NCBI GenBank assembly: GCA_963695095.1
Contig: CAVOFT010000001.1
Location: forward strand, 2,944,001 to 3,008,000
DNA length: 64,000 nucleotides
Direction: 5' to 3'
Origin: an uncultured bacterium
GTDB lineage: Bacteria; Krumholzibacteriota; Krumholzibacteriia; JACNKJ01
Positions 17,071 through 26,644 of this stretch are shown here, piece after piece. Position 1 is the stretch's first letter, and every line of letters starts with the position of its first letter. The notes below the pieces were generated by a model that was given only the letters and a program-made list of their open reading frames with translations, ran no database searches and was not told where the DNA came from. The translations under genes and the position numbers were made by a program.

Positions 17071-17236
17071 GGCACCTCCGTTTCGGGATGCGGGAAAGGC
17101 AGCGGCGGCGCCAAGGCTGGCGCGCCGCGGGGAAGATGGCCTACTCTGGCACGGCAGCGGGCAGAGGGTCAATCACCGGAATTGCCATCCCGAGCGGCGG
17201 CGGCTATGCTGAAGTCGGGTGTCGGAAGGGGGAATC

Positions 17237-17887
17237 GTGCCAAATTGCCTCCTCCGGGTCGGCTTGGCCGGGATGCTCGTCGCAGCGAGCTTCCAGTGCG
17301 CCCCCGCAGCGGGCAGCGTGCGCTTCGCCGCCTTCGGCTGGGAGAGCGGCGGCCTCGGTCCCGCCGCGCTCGGCGATACGCTCTGGATCGCCGGCCTTGT
17401 CGACAGGGTCTTTGCCGATAGCGGGATTCCCTACTGGCCCGGCAGCCGCGAATACACGGTGCTCCTCCGCGATCTCATCTCCTGGGGCGAGCAGGAGGCG
17501 GACATTTACGACTTCTGCCTTTACTCCGGCGGTCGCCTGGAGATCTACGCGGGATTGGAGCACGACGCGGACTACCTGGCGACGAACGCCGGGGCGGAGC
17601 CGCCCGCAGCCTTCGGCAATGGGGATCTCTGGCTCTCCGCCGCCATCGTGGACTTCCGCTTCATCCGCGGCGACTATGGGCGGAGCTTCTACTGCCGGCT
17701 CGAGTTCGATGGCGGCCTGGCCCTGCCCTGGTTCCGCCGTCCCGGCGACTGCGCTGCCGGGTGCGATGCGGCTGCGGGCGACTACCTGGCGGCGGGCTAC
17801 ACGCTGGCGTTCGACGAGGCCTGGATCTGGACCCACTCGGGAACGGACATGCCCGACAGCTTCAGTGCGATCAAGTCGCTCTACTGA
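17237..17887 (+). CDS. Secreted hypothetical protein with C-terminal SFSAIKSLY tag
   Basis: Signal-like N-terminus; ends DSFSAIKSLY-stop. Confidence 0.7.
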   Translation: MPNCLLRVGLAGMLVAASFQCAPAAGSVRFAAFGWESGGLGPAALGDTLWIAGLVDRVFADSGIPYWPGSREYTVLLRDLISWGEQEADIYDFCLYSGGRLEIYAGLEHDADYLATNAGAEPPAAFGNGDLWLSAAIVDFRFIRGDYGRSFYCRLEFDGGLALPWFRRPGDCAAGCDAAAGDYLAAGYTLAFDEAWIWTHSGTDMPDSFSAIKSLY

Positions 17888-17888
17888 T

Positions 17889-19121
17889 TCAGTACAGCGA
17901 CTTCACCCGACCCCAGCTCGATTCGGCCGTGGCGGTCGCGCAGGCCGCGCAGCCCGCTCCGTAGGCGCCGATACCGAGCGGGAGGCAGGGGCTGTCCGCG
18001 CAGAGCGCAAAGTCGCCACCCGGCTCATCGCAGAAGAGCGGATTTGCGATCAGGGTGCCGGTTTCGCTGCCCACCAAATCGTCGCCGCCCGTGTTGCCCC
18101 ACACGCAGGTCTGCGCGAAGGCGACTGTTCGAGCTCGCCGCGATATCGAAGGTGGCGCTGCCGTGATTGAACGCGATCAGGTTTCGGGTCACGTCGAGGA
18201 TTGCATGGCCGTAGGCGATACCTGCCCCCGCCGGGGCCGTGTTGTCGGCGATCGTGTTCTCGATCAGGTTCGCCGCTGCCGTACCAGACGTAGATCCCGC
18301 CGCCATCGGAGAACCACTGGGTGCCGGCATCATTGAAGGCGATCTCGTTGCCACGGAGCGATGGCCTGGGAGTTGTAGTGCTCGAGGGCCAGCCCACCGC
18401 CGTGGCCGTCGACGGCATTTCCCACGATTGCGCAGTCGCTCACCTCGCCTGAGAAGCACGTCAGTGCTGATACCGCCGCCGACGAAGTCAGCCACGTTGT
18501 CGGTAATCCTGCAATTCAGCAGGCGCGCGCTGCCTTGCATGTAGACGCCACCGCCCCGGCTCTCGGACCGCCGCGGAGAGGGCCTGACAGTGGTGGATAC
18601 CGCTGTTCTCCGCCACGCTGCCGGAGCCGATGTAGAGGCCGCCGCCATGGTCGGCCGCGCACCAGGCGATGACGCAGTTGTTGATGGTGACGCCCACGAA
18701 AGCGCCCAGCCATCAGCCCACCGCCGTCGGTGCTGTAGGCGCCGACATTGTCCCGGGCGTCCGCACCAGTGATGCGGCAGTAGGCGAAGCTCGAGCCGCC
18801 ATCCGCTCCCGCGGGAATCTCGATGTGCCCCCAGGTCGTGCCGGCGATGTGCGGAACAAAGAGGATGGAGTCACCCGCTGTGCCCGCGGCCTGGATGAGA
18901 CCCTCCACGGCGAGCACGTAGTTGCCGTCAAAGCGGATCTCGACGCCGGGCTCGATGCTCAGCGTCTCACCAGCGGGGATCCTGATGTGCCCGGCGACGA
19001 CGTAGGGCGAGCCCGCCGCCGTCCATATCCCGGAAACATCGCCGGGACCGACCGGCGTCGCTGCGGCTGGGGCCGCGGCAATCAGAGTAAACAGCGCTAC
19101 GAGAGCGAATCCCTTCATCAT
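17889..19121 (-). CDS. Secreted beta-helix protein with C-terminal SWGRVKSLY tag (several frameshifts)
   Basis: MMKGFALVALF signal, SGIWTAAGSPY...IEPGV, GGG(I/L)Y repeats, NPLFC...SPC; pieces in ORFs 18516-19265, 18025-18648, 18050-18418 and 17889-18104. Confidence 0.75.
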
Positions 19122-19312
19122 CCCCACCTCCCGGATAGGTTCCGAAGCTCCTGCTGCTCCATTTTGACAGCGTGGCCGGCGTCGATCAACCCCGATCCGC
19201 GTTGCCGATCTTCGAATCGATGATTCCGGTAAGCGATGCTGAATCCTCCGGCCGTCGGTGGGCATCGAAACCGCACTGGAAGCAAATCCCCGATTCCGAA
19301 CCGGAGGTCCCC

Positions 19313-20387
19313 ATGCGTCGCTCCCTATCGCCCTTGGTGCTGGGCCTGGCCTTGCTCGCCACGGCCAGCCAGGCGATCGCCGTTCCCCGCACCATGCTCT
19401 TCGAGAAGTTCACGAACACCGGTTGACCCGCCTGCGCATTGGCGGAGCCAATCTTCTTGCAGTTCGTCGACGATCACCCGACCGACACGGTGGCCATCCT
19501 CTGGCATGCGAACTTCCCCTACCCGGTCGATCCCTTCTACACCCACAACATCACGGACAACCAGGGCCGCATCGATTGGTATGCGATCGCCAGCGTGCCC
19601 AGGATCAAGGTGGACGGGATCACGTCCTCGACCAGCTACTGCCGGGATGACCACCAGCTACAACAATCGCCTGGCGGTGCCGACCGATCTCAGCCTCGAG
19701 ATCACGGGCAGCTGGGACCCGCAGACCCGCGCCGTCTCCGTGACCGCGACGGCGACGACGACGAGCGCTCTCACCAACGATTACGTGCTGCACATCGTGC
19801 TCACCGAGAGCGAGGTCTACTACGAGGCCACGAACGGCATCGACTGGCACGAGCACACGATGCGCGACGCTCTGCCGAGCTTCGCCGGCTCGCCGGTCAC
19901 CTTCAGCGGCGACTTCCCGCAGACGGCCGTGGTCACGGCCGACTTCACGCTGCCCATGGGCGCGCCGCCGCACGAGTACCGGCCCGAGTTCTGCAAGATC
20001 GTCTGCTTCGTGCAGCAGGTGAGCACGAATTCGGGCTTCCGCGAGGTGCAGCAGGCGGCCGCCGTCGCGCTCACTGATCTTGCGCAGACCCCGGTGGCCG
20101 AACTGGCCGCGGCGCCCAGCCTGGGGCAGCCCTACCCGAACCCCTTCAACCCCGAGACGGCAATTCCCGTGCGGCTCGCCGCACCGGGCGATGTCGCCTT
20201 GCGGATTCTCGACGTGGCTGGACGGCGCCTGCGCACGCTGCAGGAAGGTCATCTGAGCGCCGGCAGCCATCAACTCCACTGGGACGGCCGCGATGACGCG
20301 GGCCGGCCCGTGGGCAGCGGCGTCTACCTGGCCCAGCTCATCCACGCCGGCGGTCGCGAGAGCCGCCGGCTCGTGCTCCTGAAGTAG
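19313..20387 (+). CDS. Putative secreted Omp28-like thioredoxin-fold selenoprotein (U38-P-A-C) with C-terminal FlgD-Ig-like domain; one indel near 19640
   Basis: GGAGG RBS, signal peptide, VPRTMLFEKFTNTG-TGA-PAC continues in frame into ORF 19439; Omp28-like VLTE...HEHTMR and IVCFVQ; C-terminal PNPFNP...LVLLK. Confidence 0.8.
19432..19462 (+). promoter_or_regulatory. Candidate bacterial SECIS element
   Basis: ATTGGC-GGA-GCCAAT hairpin (19438-19452) begins 11 nt after the TGA at 19424-19426; possible lower stem CTGCG/TGCAG. Confidence 0.65.
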
Positions 20388-20416
20388 ACGCAGCGATTCA
20401 ACCGGTTCAGCGAAGC

Positions 20417-20460
20417 GAAGACGCGCCGTCCTCCCTCGGGAGGCGGCGCGTCTTCTTTTC
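20417..20460 (+). terminator. Rho-independent terminator
   Basis: GAAGACGCGCCG(T)CCTCCC / GGGAGGCGGCGCGTCTTC stem followed by TTTT, between convergent genes. Confidence 0.8.
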
Positions 20461-20476
20461 CCGCCGCCTGGGCCGC

Positions 20477-21388
20477 CTAGGGCAGCTTGAGCAGCTTCAC
20501 CGCCTGTCCGTCGGGCTGTCCCGCCAGCCGGGCAAAGTAGGCGCCCGCGGGCAGGTCCCCAGCATCCCAGCGCGCGCCGCCCTCGCGCAGCGGCAGCTCG
20601 GCCACCTGGCGCCCGGCGACATCGAAGATGGCCGCGCGCGCACCCGGATCCGCAGCGAGCGCGCGCAGTTCCACGAAGCGCGTGAAGGGACTGGGCCAGG
20701 CCCGCAAGGCGAGCGCGGGGGTGGCCGGCGGCGCCGCCGTCGGATCGCAGGAGTACGCGAAGGCGACATCATCGAGCCAGCCCTGGTCGCCGATCACCTC
20801 CATGTTGTCGATCACGATGATGCAGTAGCAGAAGGGCTCGCTGGCCCGCGGCTCCGACAGCGCCAGCACGGTCGGCCCGCCGTCCTCGACGATCGTGAGC
20901 GCAATGGTCTGCGCCAGCGGATCGTAGGCCAGGGTCATGCGGTAGGCGTAGACGTACTCCAGCGGCGAGGTCACGCTGACGATCTCCTGCTCGCCGCTCG
21001 TCTCGTCGTAGCTGTAGATCGCGACAGCGCTCAGGCCGATCTTCGCGATGAAGCCCCAGTAGTGCCCCTCTTCCTGGCTGCCGCCGCCGATGAAGAAGCG
21101 GAAGTGCCCGCCGTAGTCGGTGCTCGAGGAGAAGCCGAAATCCGCCGCCACGGAGGCCTCCGCGCTGTAGCACTCGCCGCAGGGCTCCCGGTAGATCATC
21201 TCGCCGTAGGTGTTGGCCTGGGCCACCACCCGCTGGCCCTGGATGTAGAGCAGGGACGCGAGCGGCTCCCAGGGAGCCGTGAGCGGGCCATCCGCACGAT
21301 TGAAGTTGTCGAAAAACAGATCGGCGGCCGCCGGCTGGATGCCGAGGCCGCCGCAGATCAGGACCGTCACCAGCACTGCACGTCGCAT
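20477..21388 (-). CDS. Secreted beta-sandwich protein with short C-terminal secretion-type domain
   Basis: Signal peptide, FFDNFNRADG, C-terminal WPSPF...IFDVAGRQV...WD...GAYF. Confidence 0.75.
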   Translation of the reverse strand: MRRAVLVTVLICGGLGIQPAAADLFFDNFNRADGPLTAPWEPLASLLYIQGQRVVAQANTYGEMIYREPCGECYSAEASVAADFGFSSSTDYGGHFRFFIGGGSQEEGHYWGFIAKIGLSAVAIYSYDETSGEQEIVSVTSPLEYVYAYRMTLAYDPLAQTIALTIVEDGGPTVLALSEPRASEPFCYCIIVIDNMEVIGDQGWLDDVAFAYSCDPTAAPPATPALALRAWPSPFTRFVELRALAADPGARAAIFDVAGRQVAELPLREGGARWDAGDLPAGAYFARLAGQPDGQAVKLLKLP

Positions 21389-21431
21389 CGTCCACCTCCC
21401 GATTCAAACCGGACCCTTCGCCGCTGGCGCG

Positions 21432-23069
21432 TCAACGCGCGCGGAGGCGAAGCACCTTGACGCCGCCGCGAGCGGCAGCGTCCATTCGCTCCAACAGGTA
21501 GATGCCCGTCGGCGTGGGCCGGCCGCTTTCATCGCGACCGTCCCAGACGCCGCGCCCGCCCGGCAAGGCCAGGCGCCGGACGCAGCGGCCGCGGATATCG
21601 AAGACGGCCACGCTCGCGTCGCCGCCCCGCGCGCCGGGGGCGGCCAGGCGCAGCTCGTTCACGAAGGGCTGCGGCCACGCGACGAGCGCCGGCGCCGCGG
21701 GCAGCGGGTCCACGGCCGTCTCGTCCTCGGCCACCGCCGTGCTAAAGAGCGCCGCCGGCGCGGCGACGGGCCGGCGTTCGACCCTGCCACTGAGGTCTGC
21801 GGCTTCCAGGTAGTACTCGATCTCGGCGCCCGGCGCCTGCGCGGGCAGCCAGGCGCGCAGGCTGTCGCCGCCGATCGGCACGAGGGCGCTCAGCGCAAAG
21901 TCCGTCTCCCCCGCCAGGCGCCAGTGGAGCGCGCAGCCGGCGAGATCCAGCCCCGCCTCGCTGCGGTCGTCGACGAAGGCCGCTACGGGCCAGGCCATGG
22001 CGGCGGGAATCTCGACCGGCGGCGGCGCCGCGTCCACGCGCAGCATGCCGCGGTCGAAGATGCCCATCGCGCGGCAGTGGAGGGCGTCGTAGTAGTACCA
22101 GGAGCCCGTGAAGCCGATCACCTCGTAGCCGGGCATGGCATCGCGGTAGAGCTGCAGCGCCGGCGCATCGCCAGCGCACTGGAAGAGCGGCACCAGCACC
22201 TTCTTGCCGAGGATGAGCGCGTTCGTGTAGGCGGCCACGCCCACCCCGCCGATGGGCCCGCAGTCGACGCGCAGCACGCGCAGGGGATTGCCATAGCAGC
22301 TCGTCAGGCCGCCCAGGAGCGCGGCGTTCTGTTCCACGTAGGGCGCATCCGGGTGGCTCGGGGAGAGCTGCTTGACGATCACCGTCTCCTCGTCGAGGAA
22401 CTTCGCCACGCAGTCGATGTGCTGGATGCCGTTGCCCTCGGTGTTGGGCAGCACGACGAGTTCGTCCACGCCGCACCAGCTCGCCAGTGCGGCGCGGAAG
22501 GCCGCTTCGCTCAGGTGATCGTTCTCGCTGAGCTGGGCCTCGGAGCAGAAGGCGCGGCCATGGCCGTCCCACATGATGTTGCCGCCGGTGAGATAGAAGG
22601 GCGGCTGCCAGAGCGGCTCGCCGCCCAGGTAGGCGGCGAACTGGGCCGGCGTGTCGTCGTCCTGCTCGTAGCCCGTGGTCTCGCGCGGAATCCAGGGATA
22701 GCCATCGAACCAGGGGTCGAGGATGCCCCAATCCCCGCTCCCATCGAAGAGGCACTGCGGGCCCCAGTCCCGGCTCCAGTGCGAGTAGCTGTCGGCGATC
22801 ACCCACCGGACATTGGCCATGTTGACGCCCCAGGCCGTGAAGTTGCCCGTGGCGCCGGCGACCTGGGTGGAAAGGATGACGACGTAGAGCTTCGCGTCCT
22901 CGGCCATCTCGGCAACCAGCGAGCCCGGAATGCCCAGCGGCCAGCGGATCATGACCCCCTCCACCGGCTCCCACTCGGCGCACATGCGCACGGGGCCGGG
23001 CGGCTGGGCCGCGGCGAGGGCGGGCAAGAGCAAGCAGAGCGCAGCGGCGGCGAGACGCTGGCGCGGCAT
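21432..23069 (-). CDS. Secreted agmatine/peptidyl-arginine deiminase-family protein with C-terminal FlgD-like domain
   Basis: AEWEP, WSRDWGP, GGNIMWDG, QHIDC, YTNALI, DALHC motifs; C-terminal WPQPF...WDGRD...GIY. Confidence 0.88.
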   Translation of the reverse strand: MPRQRLAAAALCLLLPALAAAQPPGPVRMCAEWEPVEGVMIRWPLGIPGSLVAEMAEDAKLYVVILSTQVAGATGNFTAWGVNMANVRWVIADSYSHWSRDWGPQCLFDGSGDWGILDPWFDGYPWIPRETTGYEQDDDTPAQFAAYLGGEPLWQPPFYLTGGNIMWDGHGRAFCSEAQLSENDHLSEAAFRAALASWCGVDELVVLPNTEGNGIQHIDCVAKFLDEETVIVKQLSPSHPDAPYVEQNAALLGGLTSCYGNPLRVLRVDCGPIGGVGVAAYTNALILGKKVLVPLFQCAGDAPALQLYRDAMPGYEVIGFTGSWYYYDALHCRAMGIFDRGMLRVDAAPPPVEIPAAMAWPVAAFVDDRSEAGLDLAGCALHWRLAGETDFALSALVPIGGDSLRAWLPAQAPGAEIEYYLEAADLSGRVERRPVAAPAALFSTAVAEDETAVDPLPAAPALVAWPQPFVNELRLAAPGARGGDASVAVFDIRGRCVRRLALPGGRGVWDGRDESGRPTPTGIYLLERMDAAARGGVKVLRLRAR

Positions 23070-23125
23070 GGCAGCCTCCGTTATCATGCGTCGAGCGAGT
23101 ATAGCAGAATCAGGAGTGAGCCACC

Positions 23126-24139
23126 TTGGACTTCGACTTCACCGCCGACAGCAGCTCTTCGCGCCCCTTCGGCGCCGAGGCCCAGGCGCGCCTCGGCGCG
23201 GCGCGCGCGCTCGTCGTGGGCGTCGGGGCGACGGGCAGCGCGCTGGCCGAGGGCCTGGCCCGCGCGGGCATCGGCGCGCTCACGCTCGTCGATCGCGATC
23301 TCGTGGAGACGGGCAACCTCGGCCGCCAGTGTCTCTACGCACGCACGGACATCGGCCGGCCGAAGGCGGCCGCCGCCGCGGATCGCCTGGCCGCGATCAA
23401 CCCCGCGCTCGCCCTCGACGCGCGCGTCGCCGAGGCCACGCCAGAGCTGCTCGAGGCGCTCGCCCCCGGCGCCCAGCTCATCCTCGACGGCACGGACAAC
23501 TTCGCCACCCGCGCGCTGATCAACGAGCTGGCCTGCCGGGAAGCCATCCCCTGGATCTACAGCGGCGCCATCGGCGCCACCGCCCTGAGCCTGCCCATCG
23601 TGCCGGGCGAGACGGCCTGTCTGGCCTGCCTCTATCCCGAGCCGCCCGCCGCCGAGCAGGAAGAGCGCTGCGACGTGGTCGGCGTGCTGCAGGCCGCCGT
23701 GCTGCAGGCCGCGGCCTGGAGCCTGGCCGAGGCGCTCAAGCTGCTCGGCGGTCGCAGCGAGGCGCTGCGCCGCGAGCTGTGGACCGTGGATCTCTGGCGC
23801 GGGCAACAGGGGCGCCTGCGCGCCGCGCATCCGCGCGCGGGCTGCGGGGTCTGCCAGCAGCGGCGCTTCCCGTTGCTCGCGGCTTCGCGCGCGGAGCCGC
23901 GCATCGCCTTGATCTGCTCGCGCGCCGTGCAGGTAACCCCACCTGCGGGCACGCCCCCACCCGACCTCGACGCCCTCGCGCGCCGCCTGAAGGCCGCGCC
24001 CCCCGGGGCCGATGTCCTGCGCCTGACCCTGGACGGCCAATCCATCTGCGTCTTTCCCGATGGCCGATTGCGCCTCGACGGGGCGCAGGATGCCGCGCAG
24101 GCCCTCGCCGTGTACCGCAAGCTCTTCGGCGGCGGCTAG
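23126..24139 (+). CDS. ThiF/MoeB-family adenylyltransferase
   Basis: GVGATGS, VDRDLVETGNLGRQ, DGTDNF, CLAC and CGVC zinc motifs. Confidence 0.9.
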   Translation: MDFDFTADSSSSRPFGAEAQARLGAARALVVGVGATGSALAEGLARAGIGALTLVDRDLVETGNLGRQCLYARTDIGRPKAAAAADRLAAINPALALDARVAEATPELLEALAPGAQLILDGTDNFATRALINELACREAIPWIYSGAIGATALSLPIVPGETACLACLYPEPPAAEQEERCDVVGVLQAAVLQAAAWSLAEALKLLGGRSEALRRELWTVDLWRGQQGRLRAAHPRAGCGVCQQRRFPLLAASRAEPRIALICSRAVQVTPPAGTPPPDLDALARRLKAAPPGADVLRLTLDGQSICVFPDGRLRLDGAQDAAQALAVYRKLFGGG

Positions 24140-24209
24140 GCGCCTTCCCCTGCGCCTGCGCGGCGTGCTATGCTTGACGCGGTCGTGTCGGAGCCATTGA
24201 AGGACATCC

Positions 24210-25352
24210 ATGCCGCGCAGCACCCGGTTCCACGCCATCTTCGGCGTCGCCTTGGCCATCTTCATCCTCATCGCCCTCGATGCTGCCGCCCTGGCGCGCA
24301 GCGTGCGGGTGAGCCCCGAGCCCAGCGCTCTGCAGATCGCCATCGCGCTGAGCCTCGAGGGCGACACCCTGCTCCTCGCGCCGGGCCTCTACTGCGATGC
24401 ACCCATTCCCACCAGGGTCGGCCCGACGACGCTCGTGATCGAGCGCCCGCTGATCATCCTCGGCGAAGGCGGCGGCGAGGGCGAGGATGAGGCCATCCTG
24501 CACGGGGGTCTGGCGGCGCGCGTGCTGCTCATCGAACCCGGGGCGGCGGGCACCGTGATCCAGAATGTCTCGCTGCGCGGCGGCCTCGCCTGGGCCGGCG
24601 GGGCCATCTACCAGCGCGCGGCGCTGCTGCGCCTGGTCGCCTGCAATCTGCGGGAGAACATCGCCCGCACCGACGGCGGCGCCATCTACGCCGAAGCGGG
24701 CAATCTGGCGCTCGAGGCCTGCGTCTTCGACGGCAACCGCGCCGGCGAGCGCGGCGGGGGCATCTTCCTGACCAACGCCGCCGCCCAGCTCACTGCTTGC
24801 ACGCTGATCGGCGACGACGCCGCGGCCGGCGGCGCGCTCTATCTCGGCCCCGGCGGCCAGGGCCAGCTGAACTCCTGCCTCGTCATCGACGGCAGCGCGG
24901 ACCGCGGCGGCTGGGCCTGCGTGGAGGATGGCTTCCTCTCCGCTCGGCAGTCCACCTTCTTCGGCCTGCCCGGCGAGCCCGAAAGCGGAGGCATCGCCCT
25001 GCGCGGCTCGCTGGGCAGCGCCTTCATCGAGACCAGCATCCTCTGCTTCGCCGGTGCGCCGGCCCTGAGCGGCCTGCGCGACGGCGCCGCCATGCTCGTC
25101 TGCTGCAATGTCTTCGGCAATCGCGGCGGCGACTGGACGGGCATGCTCGCCGCGCAGGCCGCCGAGGGCGGCAACCTCTCGGCCAATCCGGGCTTCTGCG
25201 GCCTGCAGCGCGGCAATTTCAGTCTCGATCCCAGTTCCCCCTGCGCGCCGGCGAACAATCCCTGTGGCGAACTGATCGGCGCCCTCGACGTGGGCTGCGT
25301 GGACAGCCTGCCCGATGACGCCAGCGCTGCGCGCTCGGCGCGGGAGGACTAA
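24210..25352 (+). CDS. Secreted beta-helix protein (no C-terminal sorting module)
   Basis: Signal, GDTLLLAPGLY, GGAIY repeats, GNLSANPGFC...SPCAPANNPC. Confidence 0.82.
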   Translation: MPRSTRFHAIFGVALAIFILIALDAAALARSVRVSPEPSALQIAIALSLEGDTLLLAPGLYCDAPIPTRVGPTTLVIERPLIILGEGGGEGEDEAILHGGLAARVLLIEPGAAGTVIQNVSLRGGLAWAGGAIYQRAALLRLVACNLRENIARTDGGAIYAEAGNLALEACVFDGNRAGERGGGIFLTNAAAQLTACTLIGDDAAAGGALYLGPGGQGQLNSCLVIDGSADRGGWACVEDGFLSARQSTFFGLPGEPESGGIALRGSLGSAFIETSILCFAGAPALSGLRDGAAMLVCCNVFGNRGGDWTGMLAAQAAEGGNLSANPGFCGLQRGNFSLDPSSPCAPANNPCGELIGALDVGCVDSLPDDASAARSARED

Positions 25353-25436
25353 CCGCCGCTGGCAGCGCGCCTGAACGCTGCTATACTCTCCCGTGTGCGT
25401 GGATTCAGAGCGAGCGACCCTAGCGGGGAGGGCGAG

Positions 25437-26549
25437 ATGTCGACTTCCACGATCGCGGCTGCCTGTGCGCTGCTGCTGGCCGTCCCGGCCGGCGCGGTAG
25501 TCATCCACATTCCGGGCGATCAGCCCACGATCCAGGCGGGCATCGCGGTGGCCGCGCCGGGCGACGTCCTGCTGATCGCTGCGGGCAGCTACACGGAGCC
25601 GATGCAGGAGACCCCTGCCTTCCCGAGCATGCTCGTGCTCCCCGCGGGTGTATCGCTGATCGGCGAGGGCGAGGTGATCCTCGACGCTGCGGGGGCAGGC
25701 CGCCTCATATCCGTCGCGACAGGCTGGCCCGGGCAACCCGTCAATCGGCTCGAGAATCTGGCCCTGCGCCACGGGTTCACGCAGGGCAGCGGGGGCGCCG
25801 TCTACATTCCCTATGCCGCCGTCGACATGCTGAACGTCCGCTTCGAGGACAATGAGGCGCTCGTGGCCGGCGGCGCATTGCGCTGCGACTTCGGCACGAT
25901 CACGATCGAGGACTCGCAATTCACAGGCAACCACGCCGAGGACGGTGGCGCCATCTCGAACGGCAGCAGTGGCTTCAACGTGCGGCGTTGCACCTTCACC
26001 GGGAATGCCGCCTCACCCGGCGGAGGTGGCGCCTTCCACTTCAAAGGCGAGCAGACAAGCCAGATCGAGGAATGCCTGGTAGTTGATTGCCTGAGCCGCT
26101 GGGGCGCCTGGTTCAAGCTGGAGGACCATGTCAGCCTGCTTGTCATCGGCTGCAGCTTCATCGGCCACGGCACGTCCTACCTGAACACCGGCATCCACAT
26201 CTACGATTACTGCTCGCTGACGCTCAACAACTCGATCCTGACCGGAGCCATCGGCCGCGCAATCACCTTCCACCAGAACGTCGCCACGAATTTCGATGAG
26301 TGCAACGACATCTGGGGCAACGGTCTGGATTATCCGACCGAGATCGCCCACTGGCTGGGTACGAACGGCAACTTCAGCGCCGATCCCCTGTTCTGTGCTC
26401 CGAGCGGCAACGACTTCCACCTGAGCACGCTATCGCCTTGCGCGCCCAGCAACAACGACTGCGGTCTGCAGATCGGGGCCTTGCCGGTCGCCTGCGAGAC
26501 CACGGCCTCCGCGAACGCGAGCTGGAGTTCCGTCAAGTCGCTATACTGA
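25437..26549 (+). CDS. Secreted beta-helix protein with C-terminal SWSSVKSLY tag
   Basis: HIPGDQPTIQAGI...GDVLL, GGA repeats, GNFSADPLFC...SPCAP. Confidence 0.85.
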   Translation: MSTSTIAAACALLLAVPAGAVVIHIPGDQPTIQAGIAVAAPGDVLLIAAGSYTEPMQETPAFPSMLVLPAGVSLIGEGEVILDAAGAGRLISVATGWPGQPVNRLENLALRHGFTQGSGGAVYIPYAAVDMLNVRFEDNEALVAGGALRCDFGTITIEDSQFTGNHAEDGGAISNGSSGFNVRRCTFTGNAASPGGGGAFHFKGEQTSQIEECLVVDCLSRWGAWFKLEDHVSLLVIGCSFIGHGTSYLNTGIHIYDYCSLTLNNSILTGAIGRAITFHQNVATNFDECNDIWGNGLDYPTEIAHWLGTNGNFSADPLFCAPSGNDFHLSTLSPCAPSNNDCGLQIGALPVACETTASANASWSSVKSLY

Positions 26550-26644
26550 TTCGACGCATGGCCAGCGGTCACCCGAAATCGCGTGCTGCACGCGCCGACG
26601 CCGGCTGCTATAATCGTATGCAGCTACTGCTCGGGAGGTGTGTG

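Noticed and set aside
17070..17236. SAM or cobalamin riboswitch upstream of the methionine genes
   Set aside because: No recognisable conserved riboswitch core by eye; an Rfam scan would be needed to exclude it.
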